Shown in pieces: positions 25,359-35,698 of a DNA stretch of 64,000 bases. Under the pieces are notes generated by a model. It worked only from the letters and a program-made list of their open reading frames with translations, was not told the DNA's origin and made no database searches. Position 1 is the stretch's first letter, and each line of letters opens with the position of its first letter. The position numbers and the translations under genes are program-made. Origin of the DNA: Lachnospiraceae bacterium UBA5899 (lineage in GTDB: Bacteria; Bacillota; Clostridia; Lachnospirales; Lachnospiraceae). The stretch is taken from positions 20,834-84,833 of the forward strand of contig DJEL01000015.1 of NCBI GenBank assembly GCA_002432425.1. The letters run 5' to 3'.

Positions 25359-28343
25359 ATGAAGCGAAGGGAAACCGGCAAAAAAATCATAGCGCTTGCA
25401 TTAACCGTTGCCATGGCAATGACCTTACTTCCCGGCACAGGGCTGGAAGGATATGCCAAGACAGACAAGTTGATGGATGATTTTGATGACATCATCAGTA
25501 CCTACAATATCGATCCTTCCATTCCTTCTTATAAAGAATATAAAAAGGAACACGAAGGCGGTAAGAAACCCGAAACGAGCATAGAGGTTCCGGCAGGAGA
25601 GTTTGTCAGATATGAAGAAAGCGACGCTCCCGCAACACCGGAAATCTATACGGATTACGAAGGCATGGCTGGAGACAGCGTGCTGACCAGTGAAGACTCC
25701 CTGATTGAGTTTGAGGTTACCGTACCGGAAAGCGGATTATACAATGTATCCGTTGTATACTATCCGGTGGAAGGCAAGAACTCCGATATCGAGAGAAGCT
25801 TTTTCGTAGACGGCGAGTTACCGTTTGCGGAACTGTCGCTTTTATCCTTCACAAGAGTCTGGGCAAACTACGGAGAATCTTCCTATGTAAATGAAGACGG
25901 CGTTACCATACTGGAGTGGGCAAAAGACAACCAGGGCAACGATGTAAAACCCAAGACTGCGGAAATTCCGGAATGGCAGTCCCGGTATTTATACGACAGC
26001 AACGGTTACATCACAGAGCCCCTTTCCGTATACTTTGAAGAAGGAACCCACACTATTTCCATGGTTTCCTTAAAAGAGCCGATGCTGATTAACAAACTGG
26101 TACTGAACAACGCAGGCGATTCCAAAACCTACGAAGAGGTAAAAGCAGAGTGGGATGCGCAGGGTGCAAAAGACACCAGCGGCGTACATATCGTTCTGGA
26201 AGGTGAATATGCTTCCAAGACTTCTTCCCAGATGCTTTATCCCCAGCAGGACCAGTCCTCTCCTTCCGTATCTCCTTCCAGTGCAAAAGCACTCTTAAAC
26301 AACTCCATCGGCGGCAACTCCTGGAGACTGGTAGGACAGTGGATTGAATGGGATTTCGATGTGCCGGAAGACGGCTACTACGATATCACCCTTTACGATA
26401 AGCAGAACTTCTCAAGAGGTATTCACGTATCCAGACGAATTACCATTGACGGAGAAGTACCTTTTGAAGAACTGAACGATTACGCATTTGATTACGGACA
26501 GAGCTGGAGAGAAGATGTGATTTCCGATGACAACGGAACACCTTACAAATTCTACATGACCAAGGGACACCATACACTCCGCATGGAAGTTGTCCTGGGT
26601 GAGTTCTCCGAAATCGTAGGTCTTGTGGAAAACTCCGTACAGCAGCTCAACAACATCTACAGACAGGTTATCAAAGTAACCGGTGTACAGCCGGATACCT
26701 ACCGTGACTATCAGCTTGCCGCAACTCTGCCGGAGTTACACGACCAGCTGGTAGAAGCAAGAGAAACCTTAAATCAGGCATTGACCCGTCTGGAACAGGT
26801 AGCAGGAAAGAACACCGATAAGAAGACCGTTCTTCTGACCATGCTTGACCAGCTTGATGACCTGATTGACGATGAAGAATACTTTGTAAGAACCATTTCT
26901 TCCTATAAGGTAAACGTCAGAGCACTGGGTACCTGGATTACACAGGTTATCAGCCAGCCTCTGCAGATTGACCGCATCAACATCACATCCCCGGATGTGA
27001 AAGTAAAATATGACCACAAAGGATTTTTCGCTTCCGCAGGTTACGAAGTACAGAGACTGTATTACTCCTTCGTAATCGACTACAACAACATCGGCAGCGT
27101 AACGGAAGACAAGGACACCGAGTCCATTACCCTCTGGATTGGTTCCGGCCGTGACCAGGCAAACGTAATCAAATCCTTAGTCGATGAAAGCTTTACCAAT
27201 GAAACGGGCATCGGCGTAAACGTACAGCTCGTTGATATGACTACCTTATTAAAAGCAACACTGGTCGGCGAAGGCCCCGATGTGGCAATCCAGGTGGCAA
27301 ACACCAACGGTGTGGCAGGCGCCGTACTTGCCACCGGTAATGATACCCCGGTCAACTACGGTATCCGTAATGCGGTACTGGATTTATCCCAGTTTGACGA
27401 TGTGGACGAAGTAATGGCAAGATTCCCCGAAGCGGCATACGAACAGTTCGTTTACGACGGCGCCATTTACGCACTGCCGGAAACCATTACCTACCCGGTT
27501 ATGTTCTACCGCAAGGATATCTTAAAGGAAATCGGTCTGGAAGTACCTACCACATGGGACGAAGTAAAAGTAGCCATGACCGTGCTTGCCAAGAACCAGA
27601 TGGAATTCGGTATGTTGGCAAACGAGCAGATTTTCGCATCCATGCTCTACCAGAACGGCGGTACCTACTATAACGAAGACGGTACGGCATCCGCACTGGA
27701 CTCCGACATTGCAGTAAGCACCTTCAAGGACTTCTGCGAATACTACACAGATTACAAGCTGGACAAAGAAACCAGTGTGGAAGAACGTTTCCGTACCGGT
27801 GAATGTCCGATTATCATTGCAGACTACACCGTTTACAACAACTTCGCCGTATCCGCACCGGATATCGCAGGTCTCTGGAGCTTTACCCAGATTCCGGGTA
27901 CCGTAAAGGAAGACGGCAGCGTGGACCACTCCGTAGCAAGTACCGGTCTTGCCAGCATGATTATGGCGGATACCGAGCATGCGGATGCAAGCTGGCAGTT
28001 CTTAAAGTGGTGGACCAGCGAAGAAACCCAGACCAAGTACGGCCGTGAAATGGAAGGTCTGATGGGCAGTGCGGCGAGAGTACCGACCGCCAATTACGAA
28101 GCATTCTTAAATATGCCCTGGCCGGTAGATGACTTTGAAGCATTACAGGAATCCATGAAATGGGTGAAAGGTATTCCGCAGGTACCCGGCGGTTACTATT
28201 CCTGGAGAAACGTATACAATGCATTCTATACCGTAGTAAACAATAACGATACGGCGCTTCCGAGAGAAGAGTTGATGGATAAGGTTATTTACATCAATGC
28301 CGAAATTGATTACAAGCGTGAAGAGCTGGAACTGGATAAATAG
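25359..28343 (+). CDS. 994-aa secreted protein: two CBM-like beta-sandwich modules, a helical linker and a C-terminal family-1 solute-binding domain
   Basis: The signal peptide ends in GYA and has no Cys in the first 40 residues. Two related modules (GLYNVSVVYYP... and GYYDITLYDK...) are followed by an SBP-like C-terminal half from about 27.1 kb (ITLWIGSGRDQANVIKSLVDESF...). Confidence 0.75.
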   Translation: MKRRETGKKIIALALTVAMAMTLLPGTGLEGYAKTDKLMDDFDDIISTYNIDPSIPSYKEYKKEHEGGKKPETSIEVPAGEFVRYEESDAPATPEIYTDYEGMAGDSVLTSEDSLIEFEVTVPESGLYNVSVVYYPVEGKNSDIERSFFVDGELPFAELSLLSFTRVWANYGESSYVNEDGVTILEWAKDNQGNDVKPKTAEIPEWQSRYLYDSNGYITEPLSVYFEEGTHTISMVSLKEPMLINKLVLNNAGDSKTYEEVKAEWDAQGAKDTSGVHIVLEGEYASKTSSQMLYPQQDQSSPSVSPSSAKALLNNSIGGNSWRLVGQWIEWDFDVPEDGYYDITLYDKQNFSRGIHVSRRITIDGEVPFEELNDYAFDYGQSWREDVISDDNGTPYKFYMTKGHHTLRMEVVLGEFSEIVGLVENSVQQLNNIYRQVIKVTGVQPDTYRDYQLAATLPELHDQLVEARETLNQALTRLEQVAGKNTDKKTVLLTMLDQLDDLIDDEEYFVRTISSYKVNVRALGTWITQVISQPLQIDRINITSPDVKVKYDHKGFFASAGYEVQRLYYSFVIDYNNIGSVTEDKDTESITLWIGSGRDQANVIKSLVDESFTNETGIGVNVQLVDMTTLLKATLVGEGPDVAIQVANTNGVAGAVLATGNDTPVNYGIRNAVLDLSQFDDVDEVMARFPEAAYEQFVYDGAIYALPETITYPVMFYRKDILKEIGLEVPTTWDEVKVAMTVLAKNQMEFGMLANEQIFASMLYQNGGTYYNEDGTASALDSDIAVSTFKDFCEYYTDYKLDKETSVEERFRTGECPIIIADYTVYNNFAVSAPDIAGLWSFTQIPGTVKEDGSVDHSVASTGLASMIMADTEHADASWQFLKWWTSEETQTKYGREMEGLMGSAARVPTANYEAFLNMPWPVDDFEALQESMKWVKGIPQVPGGYYSWRNVYNAFYTVVNNNDTALPREELMDKVIYINAEIDYKREELELDK

Positions 28344-28360
28344 AAAGGAGGAAACAAGCA

Positions 28361-29314
28361 GTGAATGGAACAAATACAGAAAACACGGTATCGCAGGAAG
28401 CTCTGGACATAGCGAAAAAGCAGGCGACCTTAAGCTACCGTATCAAAAGAAACAAAGCTTCATATATGATGCTTGCCCCTTATTTCATCCTGTTTTTCTT
28501 CTTTACCGTTTTACCGGTTGTGATGAGTGTGGCTTTCAGTTTTACCTATTATAATATGCTGGAAATGCCGGAATTCATCGGTTGGAAAAACTACATCAAG
28601 TTGTTTTTGGAGGATGACATCTTCTTGACATCTTTAAAGAACACCTTAATCCTTGCGGTTATCACCGGACCCATCAGTTACTTTTTATGTCTGTTGTTCG
28701 CATGGATTATCAACGAATTCAAAGGATGGCTCAGAGCATTCTTAACCCTGATTTTCTATGCACCCAGTATCTGCGGTAACGCATACGTGGTATGGAACCT
28801 CATCCTTTCCGGCGACAGATACGGATACTTAAACGGTTTCCTCATGAAACTCGGTATCTTAGACGAAGCCATCATCTGGATGAAAACAGAAAAATATGTA
28901 TTGCCCATGCTGATTATTGTTCAGCTGTGGTTGTCCTTAGGTACCGGCTTCCTTTCCTTCATCGCAGGTCTGCAGACGGTTGATAAGTCCCTGTATGAAG
29001 CAGCGGCGCTGGACGGTGTCAAAAACCGTTGGCAGGAACTCTGGTATGTAACCCTTCCGGCTATGAAGCCCCAGTTGATGTTCGGTGCGGTTATGCAGAT
29101 TACACAGTCCTTTGCCATCGCCGATGTTTCCATCCAGCTGGCAGGTAACCCGTCAGTCAACTACGCCGGTGCTACCGTAGTTACCCACTTGCTTGACTAT
29201 GGTACCGTTCGTTTTGAAATGGGTTATGCATCCGCTATCGCAACAGTATTGTTCTTGCTCATGGTAGGAAGCAACATGCTGGTACAGAAATTGTTAAGGA
29301 GGGTGGGAGAATAA
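28361..29314 (+). CDS. carbohydrate ABC transporter permease (LplB/MalF-like)
   Basis: Six-TM pattern with EAA loop YEAAALDGVKNRWQELWYVTLP. Confidence 0.9.
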   Translation: MNGTNTENTVSQEALDIAKKQATLSYRIKRNKASYMMLAPYFILFFFFTVLPVVMSVAFSFTYYNMLEMPEFIGWKNYIKLFLEDDIFLTSLKNTLILAVITGPISYFLCLLFAWIINEFKGWLRAFLTLIFYAPSICGNAYVVWNLILSGDRYGYLNGFLMKLGILDEAIIWMKTEKYVLPMLIIVQLWLSLGTGFLSFIAGLQTVDKSLYEAAALDGVKNRWQELWYVTLPAMKPQLMFGAVMQITQSFAIADVSIQLAGNPSVNYAGATVVTHLLDYGTVRFEMGYASAIATVLFLLMVGSNMLVQKLLRRVGE

Positions 29315-30216
29315 TGAAAAAACAAAAAGATTATTTGAAGCCCTACAAGAAAAGACGTTTCTTTAAGCCGAAGGAAAAGAAATTAAACCGTTCCATGGCG
29401 GGAAACACTTTACTGTTTGTTCTGATGGCCATCTGCGGCGTAGCCATGGTGCTCCCTCTGGTTATGGTTATCAACAACTGCTTAAAGCCTTTGGATGAAT
29501 TGTATCAGTTCCCTCCCAAGATTTTTGTAAGAAACCCTACTCTGGAAAACTTCTCCGATTTGTTCACTCTGATGAACGACTCCTGGGTACCCTTTTCCAG
29601 ATATATCCTGAATACCATTATCATTACCGGCGGCGGTATGGTCGGCCACGTAATCATTGCATCCCTGGCGGCATATCCTCTGGCAAAGCACAATTTCCCC
29701 GGAAAGAACATTCTGTTCCAGATGGTAGTGCTTTCCATGATGTTCTCCTGGACGGTTACCCAGACCCCCCAGTACATGATTATTTCCTGGTTACATATTA
29801 ACAACAGCTACTGGGCACTGATTTTACCGGCTTGTGCGTTTGGTATGGGTCTTTACCTGATGAAGCAGTTCATGGAACAGCTTCCCGATTCCTTAATGGA
29901 GTCAGCCAGACTGGACGGCGGTAATGAATGGACCATCTTCTGGAAAATCGTAATGCCTAACGTTAAGCCGGCATGGCTGACACTGGCAATCTTCCAGTTC
30001 CAGCAGATGTGGGGCAACACCGGCAGTACCTTCCTCCGCGACGAAGACTTAAAGCCTCTGCAGTATGCACTGCAACAGATTTCCGCAGGCGGTACCGCAA
30101 GAGCCGGCGCGGCAGCAGCCGTTACCTTTATCATTGCAGCAGTACCCATTACCTTCTTCTTGATCTGCCAGAAGAACGTATTGGAAACCATGACATCATC
30201 CGGTATGAAAGACTGA
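29314..30216 (+). CDS. carbohydrate ABC transporter permease (LplC/MalG-like)
   Basis: TAATG 1-nt overlap with the previous gene. EAA loop MESARLDGGNEWTIFWKIVMP. Confidence 0.9.
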   Translation: MKKQKDYLKPYKKRRFFKPKEKKLNRSMAGNTLLFVLMAICGVAMVLPLVMVINNCLKPLDELYQFPPKIFVRNPTLENFSDLFTLMNDSWVPFSRYILNTIIITGGGMVGHVIIASLAAYPLAKHNFPGKNILFQMVVLSMMFSWTVTQTPQYMIISWLHINNSYWALILPACAFGMGLYLMKQFMEQLPDSLMESARLDGGNEWTIFWKIVMPNVKPAWLTLAIFQFQQMWGNTGSTFLRDEDLKPLQYALQQISAGGTARAGAAAAVTFIIAAVPITFFLICQKNVLETMTSSGMKD

Positions 30217-30231
30217 TAGGAGGGGAAGACG

Positions 30232-31746
30232 ATGAAAAAAATGACAAAGTTAAAAAAGATGCTTTCCCTCTGTCTTACCGCAGTAGTGCTTGCCTTTACC
30301 GCTTCCGATGTGGCATCGGCATCCACCCTGCCGTATGACTCCTACAATTACGACTACAGAGAGTACATCCATTTTACACCGGCACCTTATGTACCGGCCG
30401 GTTCCATTACCGGCAGCAGCTTCACCTACAATGGAGAGCCTCTCGGAAACTTCGTAAATCCGCAGGATATGTGTCAGGCAGACGACGGCAATATTTACAT
30501 CGCAGATACCGGCAACAACCGTATCGTAGTTCTTGACAAACAAATGAAAAACGTAGTAAACGTCATCACTGCCTTTGACAACAACGGAACGGAAGATACC
30601 TTCAACATGCCTTACGGCGTGGCAGTTTCCGAAAACGGTCAGGTGTATGTGGCGGACTCCCAGAACCACAGAGTCGTGGTACTGGAAAAGGACGCAACCT
30701 TAGTAAAAATTGTGGAAAATCCCAAGTCCGAAAGCTTGGATGACAATTATGTGTTTACACCCTTAAAAGTAACGGTTGACTATGCAGACAGAATTTACGT
30801 CATTGCACAGAACATGTTCGAGGGTATCATGGTATTTGAAAGCAACGGTAATTTCTCCAGCTTCTTCGGTACCATTAAAGTAGAAATCACTCTCTGGGAG
30901 AAATTCTGGAAGAGACTGGCAACCAAAGAGGAACGTGCAAAGCAGCAGCTTTATATCCCTACCGAATTTACCGGTATCGATATCGACCCCTCCGGCTTCG
31001 TATATGCGACCAACATTGACTCCACCGGCGTACAGGGTGTCAGACGGTTAAATCCCCGCGGTGAAGATGTTATCAAGAAGGGGCAGAACAAGAACGTAGG
31101 CGGCGACCTCTGGATAAGCGGCACCAGCGACTATGCGGGACCTTCCCAGTTCACCGACGTCGTTTACCGTGAAAACGGTATTTACTCCTGTCTGGACCGC
31201 AAGAGAGGCAGAATTTTCACTTACGACCATGAAGGCAACCTGCTTTACATCTTCGGCGGACTCGGTACCCAGGAAGGAACCTTCTTCATGCCGGTAGCCA
31301 TCGAAGACATCGGCGGCAGCCTGGTAGTGCTGGACGCAACCGGTTCTTCCATCGTCTGCTTTGAAGAAACCGAATACGGCAGACTGATTAACGAGGCCGT
31401 AGCGCTCCGCTACGACGGTGACGAAACACAGGCGGTTGACCTCTGGAAAAGAGTCCTTGAATTAGATGAAAACAACGAGCTTGCCAATACCGGTATCGGT
31501 AAGGCATATCTTACCGCAGGCGATTATGTAAACGCCATGAAGTACTTAAAGCTCGGTATGAGCAGAGAATATTACTCCATCGCTTACAGACGTTACCGTA
31601 ACAGCAAGCTGACACAGAATGCAAACTACATTCTGACCGGTGTGGTAATCCTCATTGTGGTTTACCAGATTGTGAAGAGAGTGGTAAAGAAGAAAAAAGC
31701 GCAGGCCGCAATACTGAAACAGAAAGGGGGCAGCCAGAATGGGTAA
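30232..31746 (+). CDS. secreted NHL-repeat beta-propeller protein with TPR-like segment and C-terminal TM anchor
   Basis: Signal peptide, then repeated NHL-like blades (GNIYIADTGNNRIVVLD, GQVYVADSQNHRVVVLE, RIYVIAQN, GRIFTYDHEGN, SLVVLDATGSSIV). A TPR-like helix pair and the TM segment ILTGVVILIVVYQIV with a KKKK tail follow. Confidence 0.7.
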   Translation: MKKMTKLKKMLSLCLTAVVLAFTASDVASASTLPYDSYNYDYREYIHFTPAPYVPAGSITGSSFTYNGEPLGNFVNPQDMCQADDGNIYIADTGNNRIVVLDKQMKNVVNVITAFDNNGTEDTFNMPYGVAVSENGQVYVADSQNHRVVVLEKDATLVKIVENPKSESLDDNYVFTPLKVTVDYADRIYVIAQNMFEGIMVFESNGNFSSFFGTIKVEITLWEKFWKRLATKEERAKQQLYIPTEFTGIDIDPSGFVYATNIDSTGVQGVRRLNPRGEDVIKKGQNKNVGGDLWISGTSDYAGPSQFTDVVYRENGIYSCLDRKRGRIFTYDHEGNLLYIFGGLGTQEGTFFMPVAIEDIGGSLVVLDATGSSIVCFEETEYGRLINEAVALRYDGDETQAVDLWKRVLELDENNELANTGIGKAYLTAGDYVNAMKYLKLGMSREYYSIAYRRYRNSKLTQNANYILTGVVILIVVYQIVKRVVKKKKAQAAILKQKGGSQNG

Positions 31747-32371
31747 GTATTTCTCAAAAGACAAATGGAAGTATATGCTTTACACGGTGTCCCATCCCAT
31801 GGACGGATACTACTGGATACGCCACGCGGACAGAGGAAGCGTGCCTCTGGCAATCCTCATGGTTATCCTGTTTGCGGTAAGCTTCTCTGCAAACCGGCTG
31901 CTTGCCAGCTTCGTGGTAAATGACATTGACCCGAGGTCGGTAGACAGCCTTTACGAACTGCTCGGCGTACTGGCATTTTATCTTGTTTTGTGCGTCAGCA
32001 ACTGGTCGGTAACCTGTCTGATGAACGGCGAAGGCCGAATGAAAGACATTGCCATAGCGATTGGCTACGGCACGGTGCCGATTACGGTGATGATGGTAAT
32101 CAGTACCATTGTCAGCCAGGTAATTGCCGATGACGAGCAGGCGTTCTACGGATTGCTTTTAGGCGCCGGTATTGTATACGGTCTTATCATGATGCTGATT
32201 GGCATTATGCAGGTTCACAACTATACACTGGGTAAAACACTTCTTACCCTGTTTATTACCTTTATCGCCCTGCTGATTATTATTTTCTTAGTATTATTGT
32301 TAAGTAACCTGCTCGGCATGGTAGTAAACTTCTTCAAGAGTATTTACACAGAAATCATCTTTAGGACTTAG
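31739..32371 (+). CDS. Yip1-domain polytopic membrane protein
   Basis: 210 aa with about 5 TM helices. N-terminal HPMDGYYWIR resembles the bacterial YIP1 family. 8-nt overlap with the NHL gene. Confidence 0.65.
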   Translation: MGKYFSKDKWKYMLYTVSHPMDGYYWIRHADRGSVPLAILMVILFAVSFSANRLLASFVVNDIDPRSVDSLYELLGVLAFYLVLCVSNWSVTCLMNGEGRMKDIAIAIGYGTVPITVMMVISTIVSQVIADDEQAFYGLLLGAGIVYGLIMMLIGIMQVHNYTLGKTLLTLFITFIALLIIIFLVLLLSNLLGMVVNFFKSIYTEIIFRT

Positions 32372-32381
32372 GAGGCAGGAA

Positions 32382-34757
32382 ATGGATAAGAAAACCAAGA
32401 AAAAATACAAAAAAACCAAACTGCCTATGAGCCTGGCAAAAAAAGTATTCCTTACCGTTTTAGGTGTGGCAGTCATCTGTGTGGCAATTTACCTTTTGTA
32501 TTATTACTTCCATTATACCAGATACGCCAGGTACAAAGACTCCCTTTCTTCCTATGAATATGAAGAGGGCGGCGTATTCAATGCCATTCCGGAAAGCACG
32601 GCAGACGTGCCCGGCATGCAGCTTGCGGCGGAAAACGATTACTTAAAGCTTTATACCAACTTACAGACAGCGGATGTTGCCGTATACGACAAGAGAGACG
32701 GAAGCATCACTTACTCCACCCCGGTGGATGCGGACCGGGACAGCATGGCAAACGCCAGCAACTTAAACCTCTTAAAATCCCAGTTCGTAGTAACTTATTA
32801 CAATGCAGATGTAAAGTCCGGTACCTATGACTCCTACTCCCAGTGTGTAGCGAAAAACAACGTAACGGCACAGAGCATTGAAAACGGTATTCGCTACATG
32901 TACAAAATCGGCAGCGAAAAGGACAACAACGGACAGGAAGGCATCCACTTCGATATTCCGCTGGAATACCGCTTAAAAGATGACAGCTTAGAGGTATCCA
33001 TTCCGGTAAGCGGCATCAGGGAATACGGCAACGGTTCCATCGCCCGTATCCAGCTTCTCCGTTACATGGGCGCAGCCAAGAATGACGAAGAGGGCTACAT
33101 GGTAGTGCCGAACGGTTCCGGTTCCCTGATTTACTTTAACAACGGAAAGACAACGGCAGCTTCCTATTCCCAGTATATTTACGACATTGACCCGGTAGCG
33201 GCAAGCTACACCACCACCGAGAACATTACCGGTGTGAAGCTTCCTTTATTCGGCATCTGCCGTGCGGACAGAAGCCTGCTGGTAACCGTAGAGGACGGTG
33301 CTTCCACAGCACTGATTTCTGCAGGCATTTCCGGAGTGTATAACGATTACAACTATGCATTCCCGACCTTTGTACTTCGTAACATTGACAACTTAAGAAA
33401 CTTCGGCAACACCACACAGGACGTATTCGTACTGGAGTCCGATATGTACGATATCAACTGCAGGGTACGCTACACCTTCCTTACGAAAGAGGATAGCGGC
33501 TATGTGGGACTTGCCAATTACTACCGTAACAGACTTACCGCAGAGGGAGTTCTTACCAAGCAGCAGGCAACGGACAACATTCCTTTCTACTACGACATCC
33601 TCGCAGGTGTAAAGGAAACCTCCCATTTCTTAGGTGTGCAGTACTTACATACGTTCACCATGACAAGCTTCAAGGAAGCGGGAGAAATCTCCGATGCCTT
33701 AAAGGACAGCGGCGTTACCAATCAGGTTATGAACCTGCAGGGCTGGTTTAACGGCGGTTACTACCACGATGCTCCCAATAATATCAAGGGACTTACCAAG
33801 CTTGGAGGAAAGTCGGGACTGGAAAAGCTGAATGATACAGTGGCGGCAAACGGCGGTATCCTCTATGCGGATGTAGATTTCCAGGAAGTAACCTTTGCCG
33901 ATAAGTATTTCAACTACAATGCAGAAGCTTCCCGCTATTACGGAGCAGGCTATGTAGTGGCGCTCGGTCAGGTCAACCCGACTACCCTGTATAACAGCTC
34001 CGGCTTAAGCTACTCTGAAACCAAATACGATATTCTTTCTCCAAAGTACCTGCCCAGGTATGTAGGCAGCTTTGCAAAGAAAATAAAGAAATATGATGTG
34101 GACGGCATTTCCTTAAGAGATTTAGGCGACATGCTGGCATCCGACAAGAGAAGAACAAACGTTATCAACAGAGAACAGGCTCTCGATATTGTACTTTCCC
34201 AGTTTGATGTGCTGGAAGGCACCGGCAAGAAACTGATGACGGAAAGAGCAAACAGCTACGCATTTGCTTACAGCTCCGACATCTTAAATGTGCCTCTCAC
34301 CGGAAACGATTTCCAGATTATCGATGAAAGCATTCCTTTGTACGAGATGATTATACACGGAAGTATTTCCTATTCTTCCGAATTACTCAACTTCGAGGAT
34401 GAGGACCATATGCAGACCAAGATGCTGCAGATGATTGAAGCAGGAGCATCTCCCCACTATGTATTTACCTGGGAAGACTCCAGCAAGATGAAAGAAACCG
34501 GTTTAAGCAGATATTACGCAACCACCTTTACTACCTGGAAGGACGATGCCGTAAAGGTATACGAACAGGTAAATGATCCCCTTAAGAATGTAACGGGCGC
34601 CATTATGGTGGGACACGAAATCTTAGACAACGGTGTCCGCAAAGTAACTTACGACAACGGCGTAACCATTTATGTAAACTACAGTGATGAAGACTTAGCA
34701 GCAGACGACGGAAAATCCGTTCCGGCATTAAGCTACAGATTGGAGGGGGCTAACTAA
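32382..34757 (+). CDS. 791-aa N-terminally TM-anchored ectoprotein of unknown function (DUF5696-like by recollection)
   Basis: K-rich cytoplasmic head, one TM helix (VFLTVLGVAVICVAIYLLYYY), and a large extracellular body with no CAZy motif I can recognise. Strong AGGAGG RBS. Confidence 0.5.
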   Translation: MDKKTKKKYKKTKLPMSLAKKVFLTVLGVAVICVAIYLLYYYFHYTRYARYKDSLSSYEYEEGGVFNAIPESTADVPGMQLAAENDYLKLYTNLQTADVAVYDKRDGSITYSTPVDADRDSMANASNLNLLKSQFVVTYYNADVKSGTYDSYSQCVAKNNVTAQSIENGIRYMYKIGSEKDNNGQEGIHFDIPLEYRLKDDSLEVSIPVSGIREYGNGSIARIQLLRYMGAAKNDEEGYMVVPNGSGSLIYFNNGKTTAASYSQYIYDIDPVAASYTTTENITGVKLPLFGICRADRSLLVTVEDGASTALISAGISGVYNDYNYAFPTFVLRNIDNLRNFGNTTQDVFVLESDMYDINCRVRYTFLTKEDSGYVGLANYYRNRLTAEGVLTKQQATDNIPFYYDILAGVKETSHFLGVQYLHTFTMTSFKEAGEISDALKDSGVTNQVMNLQGWFNGGYYHDAPNNIKGLTKLGGKSGLEKLNDTVAANGGILYADVDFQEVTFADKYFNYNAEASRYYGAGYVVALGQVNPTTLYNSSGLSYSETKYDILSPKYLPRYVGSFAKKIKKYDVDGISLRDLGDMLASDKRRTNVINREQALDIVLSQFDVLEGTGKKLMTERANSYAFAYSSDILNVPLTGNDFQIIDESIPLYEMIIHGSISYSSELLNFEDEDHMQTKMLQMIEAGASPHYVFTWEDSSKMKETGLSRYYATTFTTWKDDAVKVYEQVNDPLKNVTGAIMVGHEILDNGVRKVTYDNGVTIYVNYSDEDLAADDGKSVPALSYRLEGAN

Positions 34758-35681
34758 ATGAAAAAGAAGAAAAAACTTACTCTTCTCCAGAAAAGAAGCT
34801 TAACAGGTTATTTATTCATTCTCCCCTGGGTTGTGGGATTTATCCTCTTCTATGTAAGATCCCTTGTCATGACAGGTCAGTTTGCTTTTTCCAAGCTGAC
34901 CATGGACACCATCGGAGGCGGTTATAAGTTAGATTTCGTAGGACTTGACAACTTTATTTACGCATTCCGCGTACACGGCTCCTTCAAACAGGTGCTGACC
35001 ACTTCCGTACTGGATATGCTGATTGACGTACCTCTCATTACTTTCTTCAGTTTGTTCATGGCGATGCTTCTGAATAAGAAGTTCCCCGGAAGAGCCATCG
35101 TAAGAGCGATTTTCTTCTTACCGGTTATCTTAAATTCCGGTGCGATTACCGCAGCCATGGAATTGAGTGAACAGATGATGGCAGGCGGTATTGCTACCCA
35201 GGTAGCGGAAACGGGAGCCACAGCGGGAAGCACCATTGCATTCGATATTGATTACCTGATTGATATGTTCTTAAACTTAGGACTTCCGGCAACACTGCTT
35301 GACTACATCGTAGCGGCGGTAGCCCGTATCAACGATATCATTGCCGCATCCGGTATTCAGATTATTATCTTTATCGCAGCGCTGCAGTCCATCCCCGGTT
35401 CCATGTACGAGGTTGCCAAGATTGAAGGTGCTACCGGATACGAAACTTTCTGGAAGGTAACCTTCCCCATGGTAATGCCTCATATCATTACCAACGTGGT
35501 ATACACCATCGTGGACAGCTTTACGGAAAGCAAAGTAGTAGACCTGGCGTACGACGTAGCATTTACAAATTTCAATTACGGTTTGAGCTCCGTATTCAGT
35601 TTGGTCAGCACGGTAATCACCTGTGTGATACTAATTGCAATATGCGGCGCAATACAGAAACGAACCTTCTACTATAACTAA
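34758..35681 (+). CDS. carbohydrate ABC transporter permease (second system, MalF-like)
   Basis: The ATG directly abuts the upstream TAA. EAA loop YEVAKIEGATGYETFWKVTFP. Confidence 0.85.
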   Translation: MKKKKKLTLLQKRSLTGYLFILPWVVGFILFYVRSLVMTGQFAFSKLTMDTIGGGYKLDFVGLDNFIYAFRVHGSFKQVLTTSVLDMLIDVPLITFFSLFMAMLLNKKFPGRAIVRAIFFLPVILNSGAITAAMELSEQMMAGGIATQVAETGATAGSTIAFDIDYLIDMFLNLGLPATLLDYIVAAVARINDIIAASGIQIIIFIAALQSIPGSMYEVAKIEGATGYETFWKVTFPMVMPHIITNVVYTIVDSFTESKVVDLAYDVAFTNFNYGLSSVFSLVSTVITCVILIAICGAIQKRTFYYN

Positions 35682-35698
35682 GGAAAGGAGAAAAGAAA

